Of a stretch of 64,000 bases of DNA, positions 38,015-47,599 are shown piece after piece. The position numbers and the translations under genes are program-made. Under the pieces are notes generated by a model. The model was not told where the DNA came from. It ran no database searches and saw nothing but the letters and a program-made list of their open reading frames with translations. Within the stretch, counting starts at the first letter, position 1, and every line of letters starts with the position of its first letter. The DNA is from Candidatus Nezhaarchaeales archaeon. GTDB lineage: Archaea > Thermoproteota > Methanomethylicia > Nezhaarchaeales > WYZ-LMO8. The DNA is taken from positions 32,001-96,000 of the forward strand of contig JAWAKK010000001.1 in the NCBI GenBank assembly GCA_038887515.1, written 5' to 3'.

Positions 38015-38410
38015 TTACTTTATTACAGGTCTAAACTTGTAGGTATAACAAATCATGCCCCCCTCAAGCTGTTCCGGTAACCTTCTTATAGTCAGTTCAA
38101 CTTCCATGCCCTCTTTGACGTCATTTACATCGACGTCAGTTATCTGAGCCACAATCCTTGTCCCGTCTTCTAACTCTACGATACCCACAACGTAGGGGAT
38201 GGAGGCTTCATAACCTTTAGGCGCAGAATACACGACTGTATACTCTATCAGCTTACCCTTGTCAGGTAACTTGTATTCCTCCATTTTTACGGAGTTGCAA
38301 TAAGGACATACAAAGCGTGGTGGGAAGAATACTTTTTTGCATATTGGACACTTATTACCTATGAGCCTATACCTTTGAAGCCTAGTCCTCCAATACGCCG
38401 AGGTCGACAT
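38015..38410 (-). CDS. DUF35 Zn-ribbon/OB-fold scaffold of the thiolase-HMGS complex
   Basis: RYRLIG.KCPIC..FFPPR..CPYC, PYVVGIVEL..G and YKFRP; ATG overlaps the thiolase TGA. Confidence 0.92.
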   Translation of the reverse strand: MSTSAYWRTRLQRYRLIGNKCPICKKVFFPPRFVCPYCNSVKMEEYKLPDKGKLIEYTVVYSAPKGYEASIPYVVGIVELEDGTRIVAQITDVDVNDVKEGMEVELTIRRLPEQLEGGMICYTYKFRPVIK

Positions 38411-39573
38411 CAGCAACACGCCTCGAAAATGTTTATAACAGCTATAGAATTGAAGGCGCAACTAGAATGCGTTAGACCTACTCTTGCACCTTTCACCTGA
38501 TTTGTACCAGCATTACCTGTTAGTTGTAGAAAAGTCTCAACGGCTTGATATACACCGACAGCGCCGAGAGGGGCTCCTCGAGCCTTAAGCCCGCCGAAGG
38601 TGTTTACGGGGATAGAGCCTTTTAGCCCTACTTCACCTTCCCTCAAAATCTTTGCTCCCTCACCTGGGCCGCACAACCCTAGTTTCTCAAGAGCGATAAC
38701 TCCCATCACGGAATAGTCATCATAAAGCTCCACGAAGCTTAGATCTGATGGTCTTATACCGGCATTAGTGTATGCTCTTTGCGAGGCTTCTGTCAGGGCT
38801 TTCATCGTCAGCAGATCTTCTCTCTCCATCAGATTAAGGTTGTCTCGAGCTATCTCAGACGCAATAATCCTCACGTGAGGTAAGCCTAATTCCTTAGCTT
38901 TTTCATGCGAGCACATAAGTATTGCAGCGGCACCATCACAAGGAGATATCGCTTCAAGGACCTTTATAGGCTCCGCTAGTGTTGGAGATTTCATTACTGC
39001 TTCGAGAGGTAACCTAAATGGATACTGGGCGTGGCCACAGGTAGAGGCATGTTCATGATCTATAACAGACATCAAGGCTACGTCTTCCTGCTTTACGTTG
39101 AATCGCCTCAAGTACGTCTTGTATATTAACGCTGCAAGGCTATGAATTGTTATACCAGTATATTTTAGGTGTTCTAGATCTTCAACAGACGTCATTGCGG
39201 AGACGACTTCTTGAGGGGAGGCGTCGCTCATTTTTTCAACGCCGCAAACAAGCACTAAATCCCTTATACCGTGGGCTATATCTTTAAACGCTTCGTGGAT
39301 AGCTAGTGCCCCTGACGCTCCTCCAGCATCTATGGAGATTGTGAATTTATCGTATAAACCTAAACTGTCAGCCATTACGTTAGCAATATTCGTTTGCTCT
39401 TGGAGATAACCAGCAAATACATTTGCCACGTATACTCCGTCGAGAGACCCTACGCTGAGGCCCACATTTTCGAGCGCTTTAAGCGCGACTTCTACGAACA
39501 AACCTTTAAGGGACTTTTCCCAATGTTCTGACACTTTTGTGTAACCCACAGATATTACTGCGACTTCTTTCAT
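38410..39573 (-). CDS. Thiolase-fold protein (archaeal acetyl-CoA acetyltransferase position), catalytic residues degenerate
   Basis: GVEKMSD, SP.DGAAA and VNTFGGLKARG; but DAGGASG, ELYDDY and GAP replace EAACASG, EVHDCF and GHP. Confidence 0.88.
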   Translation of the reverse strand: MKEVAVISVGYTKVSEHWEKSLKGLFVEVALKALENVGLSVGSLDGVYVANVFAGYLQEQTNIANVMADSLGLYDKFTISIDAGGASGALAIHEAFKDIAHGIRDLVLVCGVEKMSDASPQEVVSAMTSVEDLEHLKYTGITIHSLAALIYKTYLRRFNVKQEDVALMSVIDHEHASTCGHAQYPFRLPLEAVMKSPTLAEPIKVLEAISPCDGAAAILMCSHEKAKELGLPHVRIIASEIARDNLNLMEREDLLTMKALTEASQRAYTNAGIRPSDLSFVELYDDYSVMGVIALEKLGLCGPGEGAKILREGEVGLKGSIPVNTFGGLKARGAPLGAVGVYQAVETFLQLTGNAGTNQVKGARVGLTHSSCAFNSIAVINIFEACC

Positions 39574-39584
39574 GGCTCAGCACT

Positions 39585-40631
39585 TCAAACTAGTATTTTG
39601 TTCCTGAACTTAGCGTAAAGAGAGTAGTCTACCTCTTTCTTTCTAGATAAAAATGCTGATACCCTGGGCGCTCTCTCTCTTTTCTCCTCTATAGCGTCCT
39701 GAACCACAAAGCTGAAGGCATCGCTTCCAGCTCCAGAACCATAAGAAACTAACAATATCCTGTCACCAGGTTTGGCTATGTCAAGGATCGCTGCTAGCCC
39801 TATCATTGAAGATCCAGAGTACGTGTTTCCTATCATTGAGCACACTATGCTCGGCTTCACTTTCTCCTCAGGTATGCCGAGGTGCTGTGCAACCTTTAAT
39901 GGAAACTTAGGATTAGGCTGATGGAAGACTGCGTAGCTAAAATCATTAGGTCTTAACCCGAGATCAGCCATTAAACCTTTAGCAGCCATAGTTGTATGTC
40001 TAAAGTAAGCTGGTTCGGCGGTAAACCGGCTCATGTGGTGGGGATATAGCTCTCCATCCCTTCTCCAAAAGTCTGGCGTGTCGGTTACGAAAGAGTAGCT
40101 ACCCTCGACATACGCTATGGTCTCGTGACTTCTTTTAGCAAATATAAATGCCCCACCACCTGAGCCGGCCGTATACTCTAGGGCATCGGCTGGCCGGCTT
40201 TGGGCCGTGTCAACGCCTATGGACATGGCGTAGGCGACCATACCTGAAGCAACCAAACCTATCGAAGCTTGAAAGGCCTCCGTCCCTGCTTTGCAGGCGA
40301 ATTCGTAGTCTGCAGCCAAGACGTTAGGTGTTGCCCCAATGACTTCTGCAACTATAGTACTACAAGGCTTAACGGCGTAAGGCTTAGACTCAGTCCCTAC
40401 GTAAACAGCCCCTATATCCTCTGGTTTAATGTTAGCTCTTCTAATAGCGTACCTAGCTGCTTCAATTGCTATGGTAACGGCATCTTCATCAGGCCCTGCG
40501 ACGGCCTTCTCCTCTACTGGCAGATGGTCGTAGAATTTACCCCAAACACGGGCTATCTCAGAAGCCTTAATCCTATACAACGGGATGTAAACACCATAAC
40601 CTATTATTCCTACATCATCGTTAGGTCTCAA
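39585..40631 (-). CDS. Hydroxymethylglutaryl-CoA synthase, archaeal type
   Basis: [38 protein letters not shown] and [11 protein letters not shown]. Confidence 0.95.
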   Translation of the reverse strand: MRPNDDVGIIGYGVYIPLYRIKASEIARVWGKFYDHLPVEEKAVAGPDEDAVTIAIEAARYAIRRANIKPEDIGAVYVGTESKPYAVKPCSTIVAEVIGATPNVLAADYEFACKAGTEAFQASIGLVASGMVAYAMSIGVDTAQSRPADALEYTAGSGGGAFIFAKRSHETIAYVEGSYSFVTDTPDFWRRDGELYPHHMSRFTAEPAYFRHTTMAAKGLMADLGLRPNDFSYAVFHQPNPKFPLKVAQHLGIPEEKVKPSIVCSMIGNTYSGSSMIGLAAILDIAKPGDRILLVSYGSGAGSDAFSFVVQDAIEEKRERAPRVSAFLSRKKEVDYSLYAKFRNKILV

Positions 40632-40857
40632 TGCTTAGCCCCCTTAAAAGAAGGGGTTTGAAAGCATTTATTTACGGACTAAAGATATATACTTTTCGTT
40701 ATGTGTCTAAAATTTTTACATTAAACGTCGAAAAGACCTCTTGAATCACTTAAAATGGAGTAATATGGAACAATCCTTCTGTTTTTATAATTTTTCTTTC
40801 GTCTTTAAAAAGATAACTTTAAAGAAACCTTTCTATTTATAAACTCCACTGCTAAAA

Positions 40858-41634
40858 GTGATCTTAATGAACATCTCTAAAAAAATAATATTTTTGATGA
40901 CTCTTCCGATGATCTTTGTCTTAGTAGCCTTCATAATGTCGTCATTTATAACTCAACCCGAGAGACCTGAGACGAACGTGACGCCTCCATTTTATGTCGG
41001 TGAACGCATGACGTACGAGGTAAGACTCGTCAACTCCTCAGGTGCTTATGTACTGTACAAATTGAACTTGAGTGTTACTGAAATCTCTACGATAAATGGT
41101 AGAGCATGTTTTGTTCTAAGGGGGGAGTACTTAGGCTACGATTTCGTCATTTACAGTTTCGTCACAAAGGATAATCTCACCCTTCTGAAAACCCTCATGG
41201 AGTCTCCTGTCGGCTCTGCCACAATAACTTACGACTATGAAAAGAGAAAGTGTGAAATATTTGTTTTGACAAATAAAGACCCCTCACCGCAAAGGGCTGA
41301 AGCCGACATAAAGCCATACCTCCAAGATCCCCTCAGCACAGTTTACTACATTAGAAGCTTGCCATTAAGCGAAGGTTACTGGTGTACCTTTAACCAGATA
41401 GACGTAATGAGCGGATTAACGTCAGTTATCAAGGTTTCAGTGAGAGGTCTCTCAAACATCAGTACTGCTGTAGGAGCCTTTGACTGTTATGAAATTTCTC
41501 TTGAAGCTAGAGGTTCGAAGACTATCGTTTACATAACCACAACTGGCTTTAAAGTTCCAGTAAAGGTCGAAGTACCGTACGGAAGAGATACGTTCCAAGT
41601 GTGGGAGCTCATAGAATACTCTTCAACCTCATGA
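40858..41634 (+). CDS. Membrane-anchored extracellular beta-rich protein (DUF3108-like)
   Basis: N-terminal hydrophobic helix, PFYVGE..TY, QDPLS..YYIRSLPL, I.T..G.FDCY and several N-x-S/T sequons. Confidence 0.65.
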   Translation: MILMNISKKIIFLMTLPMIFVLVAFIMSSFITQPERPETNVTPPFYVGERMTYEVRLVNSSGAYVLYKLNLSVTEISTINGRACFVLRGEYLGYDFVIYSFVTKDNLTLLKTLMESPVGSATITYDYEKRKCEIFVLTNKDPSPQRAEADIKPYLQDPLSTVYYIRSLPLSEGYWCTFNQIDVMSGLTSVIKVSVRGLSNISTAVGAFDCYEISLEARGSKTIVYITTTGFKVPVKVEVPYGRDTFQVWELIEYSSTS

Positions 41635-43497
41635 AAGCCTGATGCCCAGCCTTTCTAGCTCGCTAATAACAAAGTGTAGGCCTAAGCTCTCTAACTTGGA
41701 TTTAGTCGGTCTACCATTAGAGTCCCATCCTCTGAACCTATAATAGTTATCTAACAATCTAGAGTAGCCTTCTCTGTCGAGCTTTACTCCCTTAAATGGG
41801 CCTGAAGGTAGTCCCTCCTCGAACCACCTAGGTGGAGGATAGTCCCATGAACGGTCCATGAATGGATATTCTCTTAGCCAAATGCACCTCGTTAAGTTGT
41901 AGACCCTCTCAGCTACTAACAGTAGATCCGTGAATCGATAATTTATGCCAGTAACAGCTACATAAAGTCTTTCATAGTAATCTAAAGGTAACGAAAGCTC
42001 AACCCAAGGTAGTCTACAGCAAGTTAACATATCGAAGAGCGACCTAACGTGCTGTAGGTATATGACCCATTCGGCCTTGTCAGACGTATACAACGTTCTA
42101 CCAACTTTAATGTCGTAAGTTATAGCCCAAGCCCTATTATGATGAGCCCCTATATCACACGTACCGTAGGCTAGGGCCATGGCTGGAGCAGCCCTACTTT
42201 CATAAGCTGATATTTCAAGACCTTTGACATGCATGGCTATCTTAATAGCTTCTTTGCCAAGCTTTTCAGCTACTCTTTTAGTTCCTTGAGCTAGCAAATC
42301 TCCAATTTTTCTCCTATAAGCAATGTCCTCTACGAGTCTAAGTATTCCTTCAACATCACCATAGTCAGCATCGACCTCCTTCAGTAATCCTCTTCTCTTG
42401 CACTCGATAGCAAATGCAACTACGCTACCCGTCGATATGCTATCTAAGCCAAGCTCATCACAGACCCTATTTAGCTTGACTACTTCTTCTATATTATTGA
42501 GAGCACAGTTGCTGCCAATCATAGCTGCTGTTTCATACTCGGGCCCCTCTACTAATGTTCCCGCAAACTTTCCTTCCTTAACTTTAGATATTTGTCCACA
42601 AGGCATCGCACAACCAAAGCAACCATGATTTCCTATCTTAACTTTGCCTTCCATAACATCTCCACTTATCATATCGGCCCTTTCGTAGACTGCCTCACTC
42701 ATGTTTCTTGTTGGTAACGCTGAATTCTCGTTGCTCCATAGTATTAATTGCATGGTTCCCTGTCGAATCCAAGCTTTTTGAGCCTCGCTCCTAAAGCAAT
42801 ACTCGTACGCTTCTTGTGCGACCTCTATCATTGCATCGCAATCATAGATAGGTATATCCATGGAGCCTGAGGCGACAATAGCCTTAACTTTTTTGGACCC
42901 TAATACAGCACCAATACCTGTTCTACCGGCTTGCCTTCCAAAATCCGAAGTTATGCAGGCAAAGTATACTTTATTTTCTCCGGCAGGACCTATAGTTAAA
43001 CATGATAAGGAGCCTGCTTTAATGTCTCGTTTGATTACCTCTTCAGCTTCTATTGAACCCAAACCCCATAAATGCTTTGCCTTCTCAATACTTACTTCAC
43101 CATCAAAGATCTTTATGTAGACCGGATCCGGACTAGCTCCTTCTATGATAATAGCGTCGAAACCTGCTTGCTTAAGCTCTACACCAAACCTTCCACCTAC
43201 ATTACTATCTCCATAAGCTCCTGTCAATGGACTCTTAGAGCATAACGTAGTCTTGCCCGTTCCAGTAAAGTACACTCCAGTTAAAGGTCCCGTCGCTATT
43301 ACGACTTTGTTTTCTGGGGAGAATGGATCTACACCCCTTGGGACTTCGTCCCATATGATCTTGGCCCCCCAACCTCTTCCACCGATATAATTCATTATAA
43401 GCTCACGGCTCAGCTCTTGAACGCATATCTTCCTTCTTGTAAGGTCGATCCTGGCTATCCTATTCATGTAACCTCCTTTTAAAGTCATGTACTCCAC
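41629..43497 (-). CDS. Tungsten aldehyde:ferredoxin oxidoreductase family protein
   Basis: YIGGRG.G, KSPLTG, AGRTGIGAV.GSK..KA, CFGCAMPC, GPEYET, DELGLD and VKGLE. Confidence 0.93.
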   Translation of the reverse strand: MEYMTLKGGYMNRIARIDLTRRKICVQELSRELIMNYIGGRGWGAKIIWDEVPRGVDPFSPENKVVIATGPLTGVYFTGTGKTTLCSKSPLTGAYGDSNVGGRFGVELKQAGFDAIIIEGASPDPVYIKIFDGEVSIEKAKHLWGLGSIEAEEVIKRDIKAGSLSCLTIGPAGENKVYFACITSDFGRQAGRTGIGAVLGSKKVKAIVASGSMDIPIYDCDAMIEVAQEAYEYCFRSEAQKAWIRQGTMQLILWSNENSALPTRNMSEAVYERADMISGDVMEGKVKIGNHGCFGCAMPCGQISKVKEGKFAGTLVEGPEYETAAMIGSNCALNNIEEVVKLNRVCDELGLDSISTGSVVAFAIECKRRGLLKEVDADYGDVEGILRLVEDIAYRRKIGDLLAQGTKRVAEKLGKEAIKIAMHVKGLEISAYESRAAPAMALAYGTCDIGAHHNRAWAITYDIKVGRTLYTSDKAEWVIYLQHVRSLFDMLTCCRLPWVELSLPLDYYERLYVAVTGINYRFTDLLLVAERVYNLTRCIWLREYPFMDRSWDYPPPRWFEEGLPSGPFKGVKLDREGYSRLLDNYYRFRGWDSNGRPTKSKLESLGLHFVISELERLGIRLS

Positions 43498-43509
43498 CCC
43501 TCTACTGCT

Positions 43510-43914
43510 TCAAACAACCTTAAGTGCCTTCATAGGACACATTTTAACGCATTGAGGTTCTCCGCCACAAAGATCGCAAATAAGGGGTCTTTTAACATCT
43601 TCGTGAAAGAATATTGCTTCATAAGTACATGCAAAAGCACAGGCTTTACATAACGTGCAAAGAGACTCGTCAACTTCAATCCAACGACCGTTGAACCTTA
43701 GAGCGCCCGAGGGACATACTCTAACGCAGGCTTTCTCCTCGCAAACCCTACAAACTCTAACTTGAGATCTGGCATCGCTGGAAGAAACTAGGAACCCTAC
43801 CCGTATCATGGACTTCTTTGGATTGTTAGCCTTGAAATGCCTTAAAGCGCAAGTAAGTTCGCATACACCGCATGCGGCACATTTTTCTTCGAGTACCTCG
43901 ATTCTCATATTCAA
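43510..43914 (-). CDS. 4x[4Fe-4S] ferredoxin-like subunit of the AOR operon
   Basis: CAACGVCELTC, CRVC...CVRVCP, CTLCKACAFAC and CDLCGGEPQCVKMCP. Confidence 0.9.
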   Translation of the reverse strand: MNMRIEVLEEKCAACGVCELTCALRHFKANNPKKSMIRVGFLVSSSDARSQVRVCRVCEEKACVRVCPSGALRFNGRWIEVDESLCTLCKACAFACTYEAIFFHEDVKRPLICDLCGGEPQCVKMCPMKALKVV

Positions 43915-44023
43915 GAGCCTCTTGCTAGGAGATAAGAAAGTTCATTAAGCCAGCTTAAAGACTTTTCCCTAGGTCTCAGCGATATTGTTAAGAGTCAGCT
44001 CATCACTATCAAAGTGAAACTCT

Positions 44024-44326
44024 ATGAAGAACGAGAGAATAACGATAACGCCGGAACTTCTTGATTACCTTTCAGAACTAGCAAAGCTTAAGTTAACTGA
44101 TAAAGAGAAGGAAACCTTCTTGAGAGATCTAAATAGGATACTAGAATATTTCAGCATCATAGATGAAGTTGAAGTAGCGGATGTAGAACCTGCCTTTCAT
44201 GTGCTTGGCCTATCGAACGTCATGAGAGAAGACGAGGTTGGTGGAGACGCTTTGACGCAAGACGAGGCACTAGCGAACGCTAGCCATAAAGAAGAAGGTT
44301 ATATCAAAGCCCCTAGGATGGTGTGA
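44024..44326 (+). CDS. gatC: Asp/Glu-tRNA amidotransferase subunit C
   Basis: LAKLKL...E, NVMRED, ALANA and GYIKAPR; first gene of gatCAB. Confidence 0.92.
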   Translation: MKNERITITPELLDYLSELAKLKLTDKEKETFLRDLNRILEYFSIIDEVEVADVEPAFHVLGLSNVMREDEVGGDALTQDEALANASHKEEGYIKAPRMV

Positions 44327-44329
44327 ACT

Positions 44330-45784
44330 ATGGTTAATGTTCTTCATTTGACGGCGAAACAGATAGCTGAACTAGTTTCTAATGGTTCAGTGAGCCCCAT
44401 CGACATTGTACAGACATATTTGGATAGAGCGAAGAAACTTAACCCCAAAATAAATGCTTTCATAACCATAGCCGAAGACTATGCGAAGAAAAGTGCAGAG
44501 GAACTTGAAAGGTCATTGAAAAAGGGCTTTAAAGGCAAGCTAACCGGGGTTCCTATAGCAGTAAAAGACGTCATATCGACAAAAAGTCTAGAGACCACAT
44601 GTGCCTCGAAGATTTTGAAAGGCTACGTCCCTCCCTACGATGCTACGGTTATAAGGAAGCTCAAGGCTGAAGGGGCGATAATAATTGGAAAGACGAATAT
44701 GGACGAGTTCGCTATGGGTTCTTCAACTGAGTTGAGCGCATACGGGCCCACGAGGAATCCATGGAACTTAGATAGAGTCGCTGGAGGATCGTCTGGTGGA
44801 AGTGGGGCATCAGTAGCAGCAAGAATGGTGCCCACCGCATTAGGGTCAGATACTGGAGGCTCAATAAGATGTCCAGCTGCTTTCTGTAACATAGTCGGTT
44901 TAAAGCCCACATACGGCACTATCAGTAGGTACGGCTTAATATCGTATGCTTGTAGCCTAGAGCAGATAGGTCCCATGACTATGAACGTAGAGGATTGCGC
45001 ACTATTGATGGAAGTTATTTCCGGTAGAGACTTCTTTGACTCAACTTTGATAGACTACAAGTTTCGGTGGGTGCCGCAAGAAGTAAGGGGTCTAAAGATA
45101 GCAGTACCCAAAGAATTCTTTGCCCATGGAACAGATGAAAGGGTTGCAGATAGAGTTTGGAACATAATAAAGCTATTGGAATCTCACGGAGCAACATATG
45201 ACGAAGTTTCCATTCCACTAGCCCGCTATGCACTTGCATGTTATTACATAATAGCAATGTCCGAGGCAAGTTCAAACTTGGCTCGATACGATGGTGTGAG
45301 ATATGGTGTGCCTTGTGATCTCACAATGCCTTGGTTCGACTCATTCTCAAAGGTTAGAGGTGAGTGTTTTGGAACCGAAGTCAAGCGAAGGATAATACTG
45401 GGTTGCTTCGCTCTATCGGCAGGCTACTATGGTAGGTATTACCTGAAGGCTTTAAAGCTTAGAGCCATGATAAGGGATCAAATACTCCTAATACTAAAGG
45501 ACTTCGACGTAATAGCAACGCCAACAACGCCTTTTCCGCCATTTAAAATAGGCGAGAGGATAGAAGATCCTCTAAGTCTTTATATGGCTGACGTTGATAC
45601 AGTCATAGCCAATTTGGCAGGCGTTCCTGCAATATCCGTTCCAGCGGGCTTCGTCGATGGACTTCCGGTCGGAGTACAATTTATGGCTAATTACTGTTGT
45701 GAAAACCTCTTACTGGATTTAGCTAGATGCATCCAAGATGAAACAAGATTTCACCTTAAGATCCCGGAGGAAGCGATCATATGA
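44330..45784 (+). CDS. gatA: Asp/Glu-tRNA amidotransferase subunit A
   Basis: AVKD, GKTNMDEFAMGSSTE, GGSSGGS, GSDTGGSIR and SNLARYDG.RYG. Confidence 0.96.
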   Translation: MVNVLHLTAKQIAELVSNGSVSPIDIVQTYLDRAKKLNPKINAFITIAEDYAKKSAEELERSLKKGFKGKLTGVPIAVKDVISTKSLETTCASKILKGYVPPYDATVIRKLKAEGAIIIGKTNMDEFAMGSSTELSAYGPTRNPWNLDRVAGGSSGGSGASVAARMVPTALGSDTGGSIRCPAAFCNIVGLKPTYGTISRYGLISYACSLEQIGPMTMNVEDCALLMEVISGRDFFDSTLIDYKFRWVPQEVRGLKIAVPKEFFAHGTDERVADRVWNIIKLLESHGATYDEVSIPLARYALACYYIIAMSEASSNLARYDGVRYGVPCDLTMPWFDSFSKVRGECFGTEVKRRIILGCFALSAGYYGRYYLKALKLRAMIRDQILLILKDFDVIATPTTPFPPFKIGERIEDPLSLYMADVDTVIANLAGVPAISVPAGFVDGLPVGVQFMANYCCENLLLDLARCIQDETRFHLKIPEEAII

Positions 45785-47229
45785 AAGAGTTCAAGGTGAA
45801 GATAGGACTAGAATGCCATTGCCAAATGACTAGCTTGAAGACTAAGCTCTTTTGTAGGTGTCAAGCCGACTATAGGGGAAAGTCGCCAAACAATAACGTC
45901 TGCCCCACATGTCTAGGACTTCCAGGCTCTCTTCCCTATCTAAATAAGAGGGCGGTCGAAGAGGCGATTAAGGTAGCGTTAGCATTAAACTGTAAGATAA
46001 ACAGAAAAATGATTTTTTACAGGAAGAACTACTTCTACCCTGATCTAAGTAAGAACTTTCAGATCTCTCAATACGATTATCCACTTGCGGTAGATGGACG
46101 GATAGCGATAAGTGTTAATGGTGTTGAGAAGAACATCAGGATAAGGCGCGTGCACATAGAAGAGGATCCTGGGAGACTTGTATATAAGGGGGGTATAGAA
46201 TCTTCACCCTACACCTTAGTCGACTACAATAGGATGGGAGTTGCTCTCCTCGAAATCGTAACCGAGCCAGACATAGAGACGCCGACCGAAGCTAAAATAT
46301 TCCTTCAAGAACTAAGATCCATATTGGAACATTTAGAAGTCTCTGATGGAAGTCTAGAGGGATCTATGAGATGCGATGCCAACATATCTCTTGATGGTGG
46401 CAGTAGGGTAGAGATAAAGAACATATCCTCATTTAAGGAGGTGGAGAAAGCTCTATCCTATGAGATAATAAGGCAGCGAAACTTGCTAAGAAGGGGGATG
46501 CAAGTAAGAAGAGAGACAAGGCACTGGGACGAGGTTAGGAAGATAACCGTCGCTCTTAGAGCGAAAGAAGAAGAGATGGATTACAGATACTTCCCAGAAC
46601 CGGATTTAGTACCAATAGAAATAACTGACGAAACTATAGAAAAAATTAAGGCATGTTTACCAGAACTACCAGCAAATAGGCGCCTCAGGTTAATTAAGCA
46701 ATATAATCTAAGAGATTATGAAGCACGAGTCTTAACTTCTGATAAACAGTTAGCGGACTTCTTTGAAAAATTGGTATCGCTCCATGGAAATCCTAAGGTG
46801 GATTGCAACCTTGTAATAAATGAGCTATTGAGGTTGTTAAACGAGAAAAACATAGAGGTCAGGGACCTCAAATTCACACCACTGGAAGTCGCAGAACTAT
46901 TGAAGATGGTTGATGATGGAACGATAAGCTGGAAGACCGCGAAGTACGTGTTGAGGAAGATGGTCGATACTGGTGAACATCCCAGAAAAATAGTCGAAGT
47001 TGAGGGTATGAAGAGGATAGCAAGCGTCGAGGAGATAGAGAAGTACGTAGACAAGGTCTTCAAACGTTGTGAAGGAGACGTAAAAGAAGCATTAAGAGAT
47101 CCCAAGGTTATACATAGACTTGTAGGTGAGGTGTTAAGAGAAACAAATATGCTTGCTGACCCTAAGATAACTTTTCAAGTGGTCTCGAAGCGAATTGAAA
47201 GACTAAAACAAGCTTCTCAAAAAGGCTAA
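45781..47229 (+). CDS. gatB: Asp/Glu-tRNA amidotransferase subunit B
   Basis: IGLE.H, RKNYFYPDL, HIEED.G, EIVTEPD, RCDANIS and DYRYFPEPDL. Confidence 0.96.
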   Translation: MKEFKVKIGLECHCQMTSLKTKLFCRCQADYRGKSPNNNVCPTCLGLPGSLPYLNKRAVEEAIKVALALNCKINRKMIFYRKNYFYPDLSKNFQISQYDYPLAVDGRIAISVNGVEKNIRIRRVHIEEDPGRLVYKGGIESSPYTLVDYNRMGVALLEIVTEPDIETPTEAKIFLQELRSILEHLEVSDGSLEGSMRCDANISLDGGSRVEIKNISSFKEVEKALSYEIIRQRNLLRRGMQVRRETRHWDEVRKITVALRAKEEEMDYRYFPEPDLVPIEITDETIEKIKACLPELPANRRLRLIKQYNLRDYEARVLTSDKQLADFFEKLVSLHGNPKVDCNLVINELLRLLNEKNIEVRDLKFTPLEVAELLKMVDDGTISWKTAKYVLRKMVDTGEHPRKIVEVEGMKRIASVEEIEKYVDKVFKRCEGDVKEALRDPKVIHRLVGEVLRETNMLADPKITFQVVSKRIERLKQASQKG

Positions 47230-47404
47230 GAACCTAGTAGCGGGCTTTAAGAGAAGCTGTCATCGGGCGTATTTGTGTAAACCAATAATTATGTTATTAT
47301 GCTGTTAAACCTAAAGTATCTAAGGAGCAATATTTACTTCATGTCCTTAGTAAGTAAAGTTCATCACAACAGATTATTGGTTGTCGGATTTATTTCCGAT
47401 CCAG

Positions 47405-47461
47405 GGGCTCAGCATGGTAGCTCTAATCATCCTTCATCGCTTTTAACCTACATCATAGCCC
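47405..47461 (-). ncRNA. Putative box C/D 2'-O-methylation guide sRNA
   Basis: Minus strand reads GGGCU-AUGAUGU(C)-AGGUUAAAAGCG-AUGA(D')-AGG-AUGAUUA(C')-GAGCUACCAUG-CUGA(D)-GCCC: terminal stem, two 11-12 nt guides, and an AAAGGGCTTATAG BRE/TATA-like element about 20 nt upstream. Confidence 0.75.
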
Positions 47462-47599
47462 AGACGTAGCTGCCTACTACTATAAGCCCTTTAGGGATTG
47501 CTAAGCGTTTATGCCGAGTGCTACCTTCATAACACTGATGGTACCGTGATTAATTAAAGCTGTTAGCCAATCTCCGATATTGCGATACATAGGCTACGG

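Noticed and set aside
47501-47590. Short ORF (MYRNIGDW...) just downstream of the prenyltransferase, considered as a pseudogene remnant
   Set aside because: Only 29 codons with no recognisable similarity; the region is better explained as the upstream region of the C/D sRNA.
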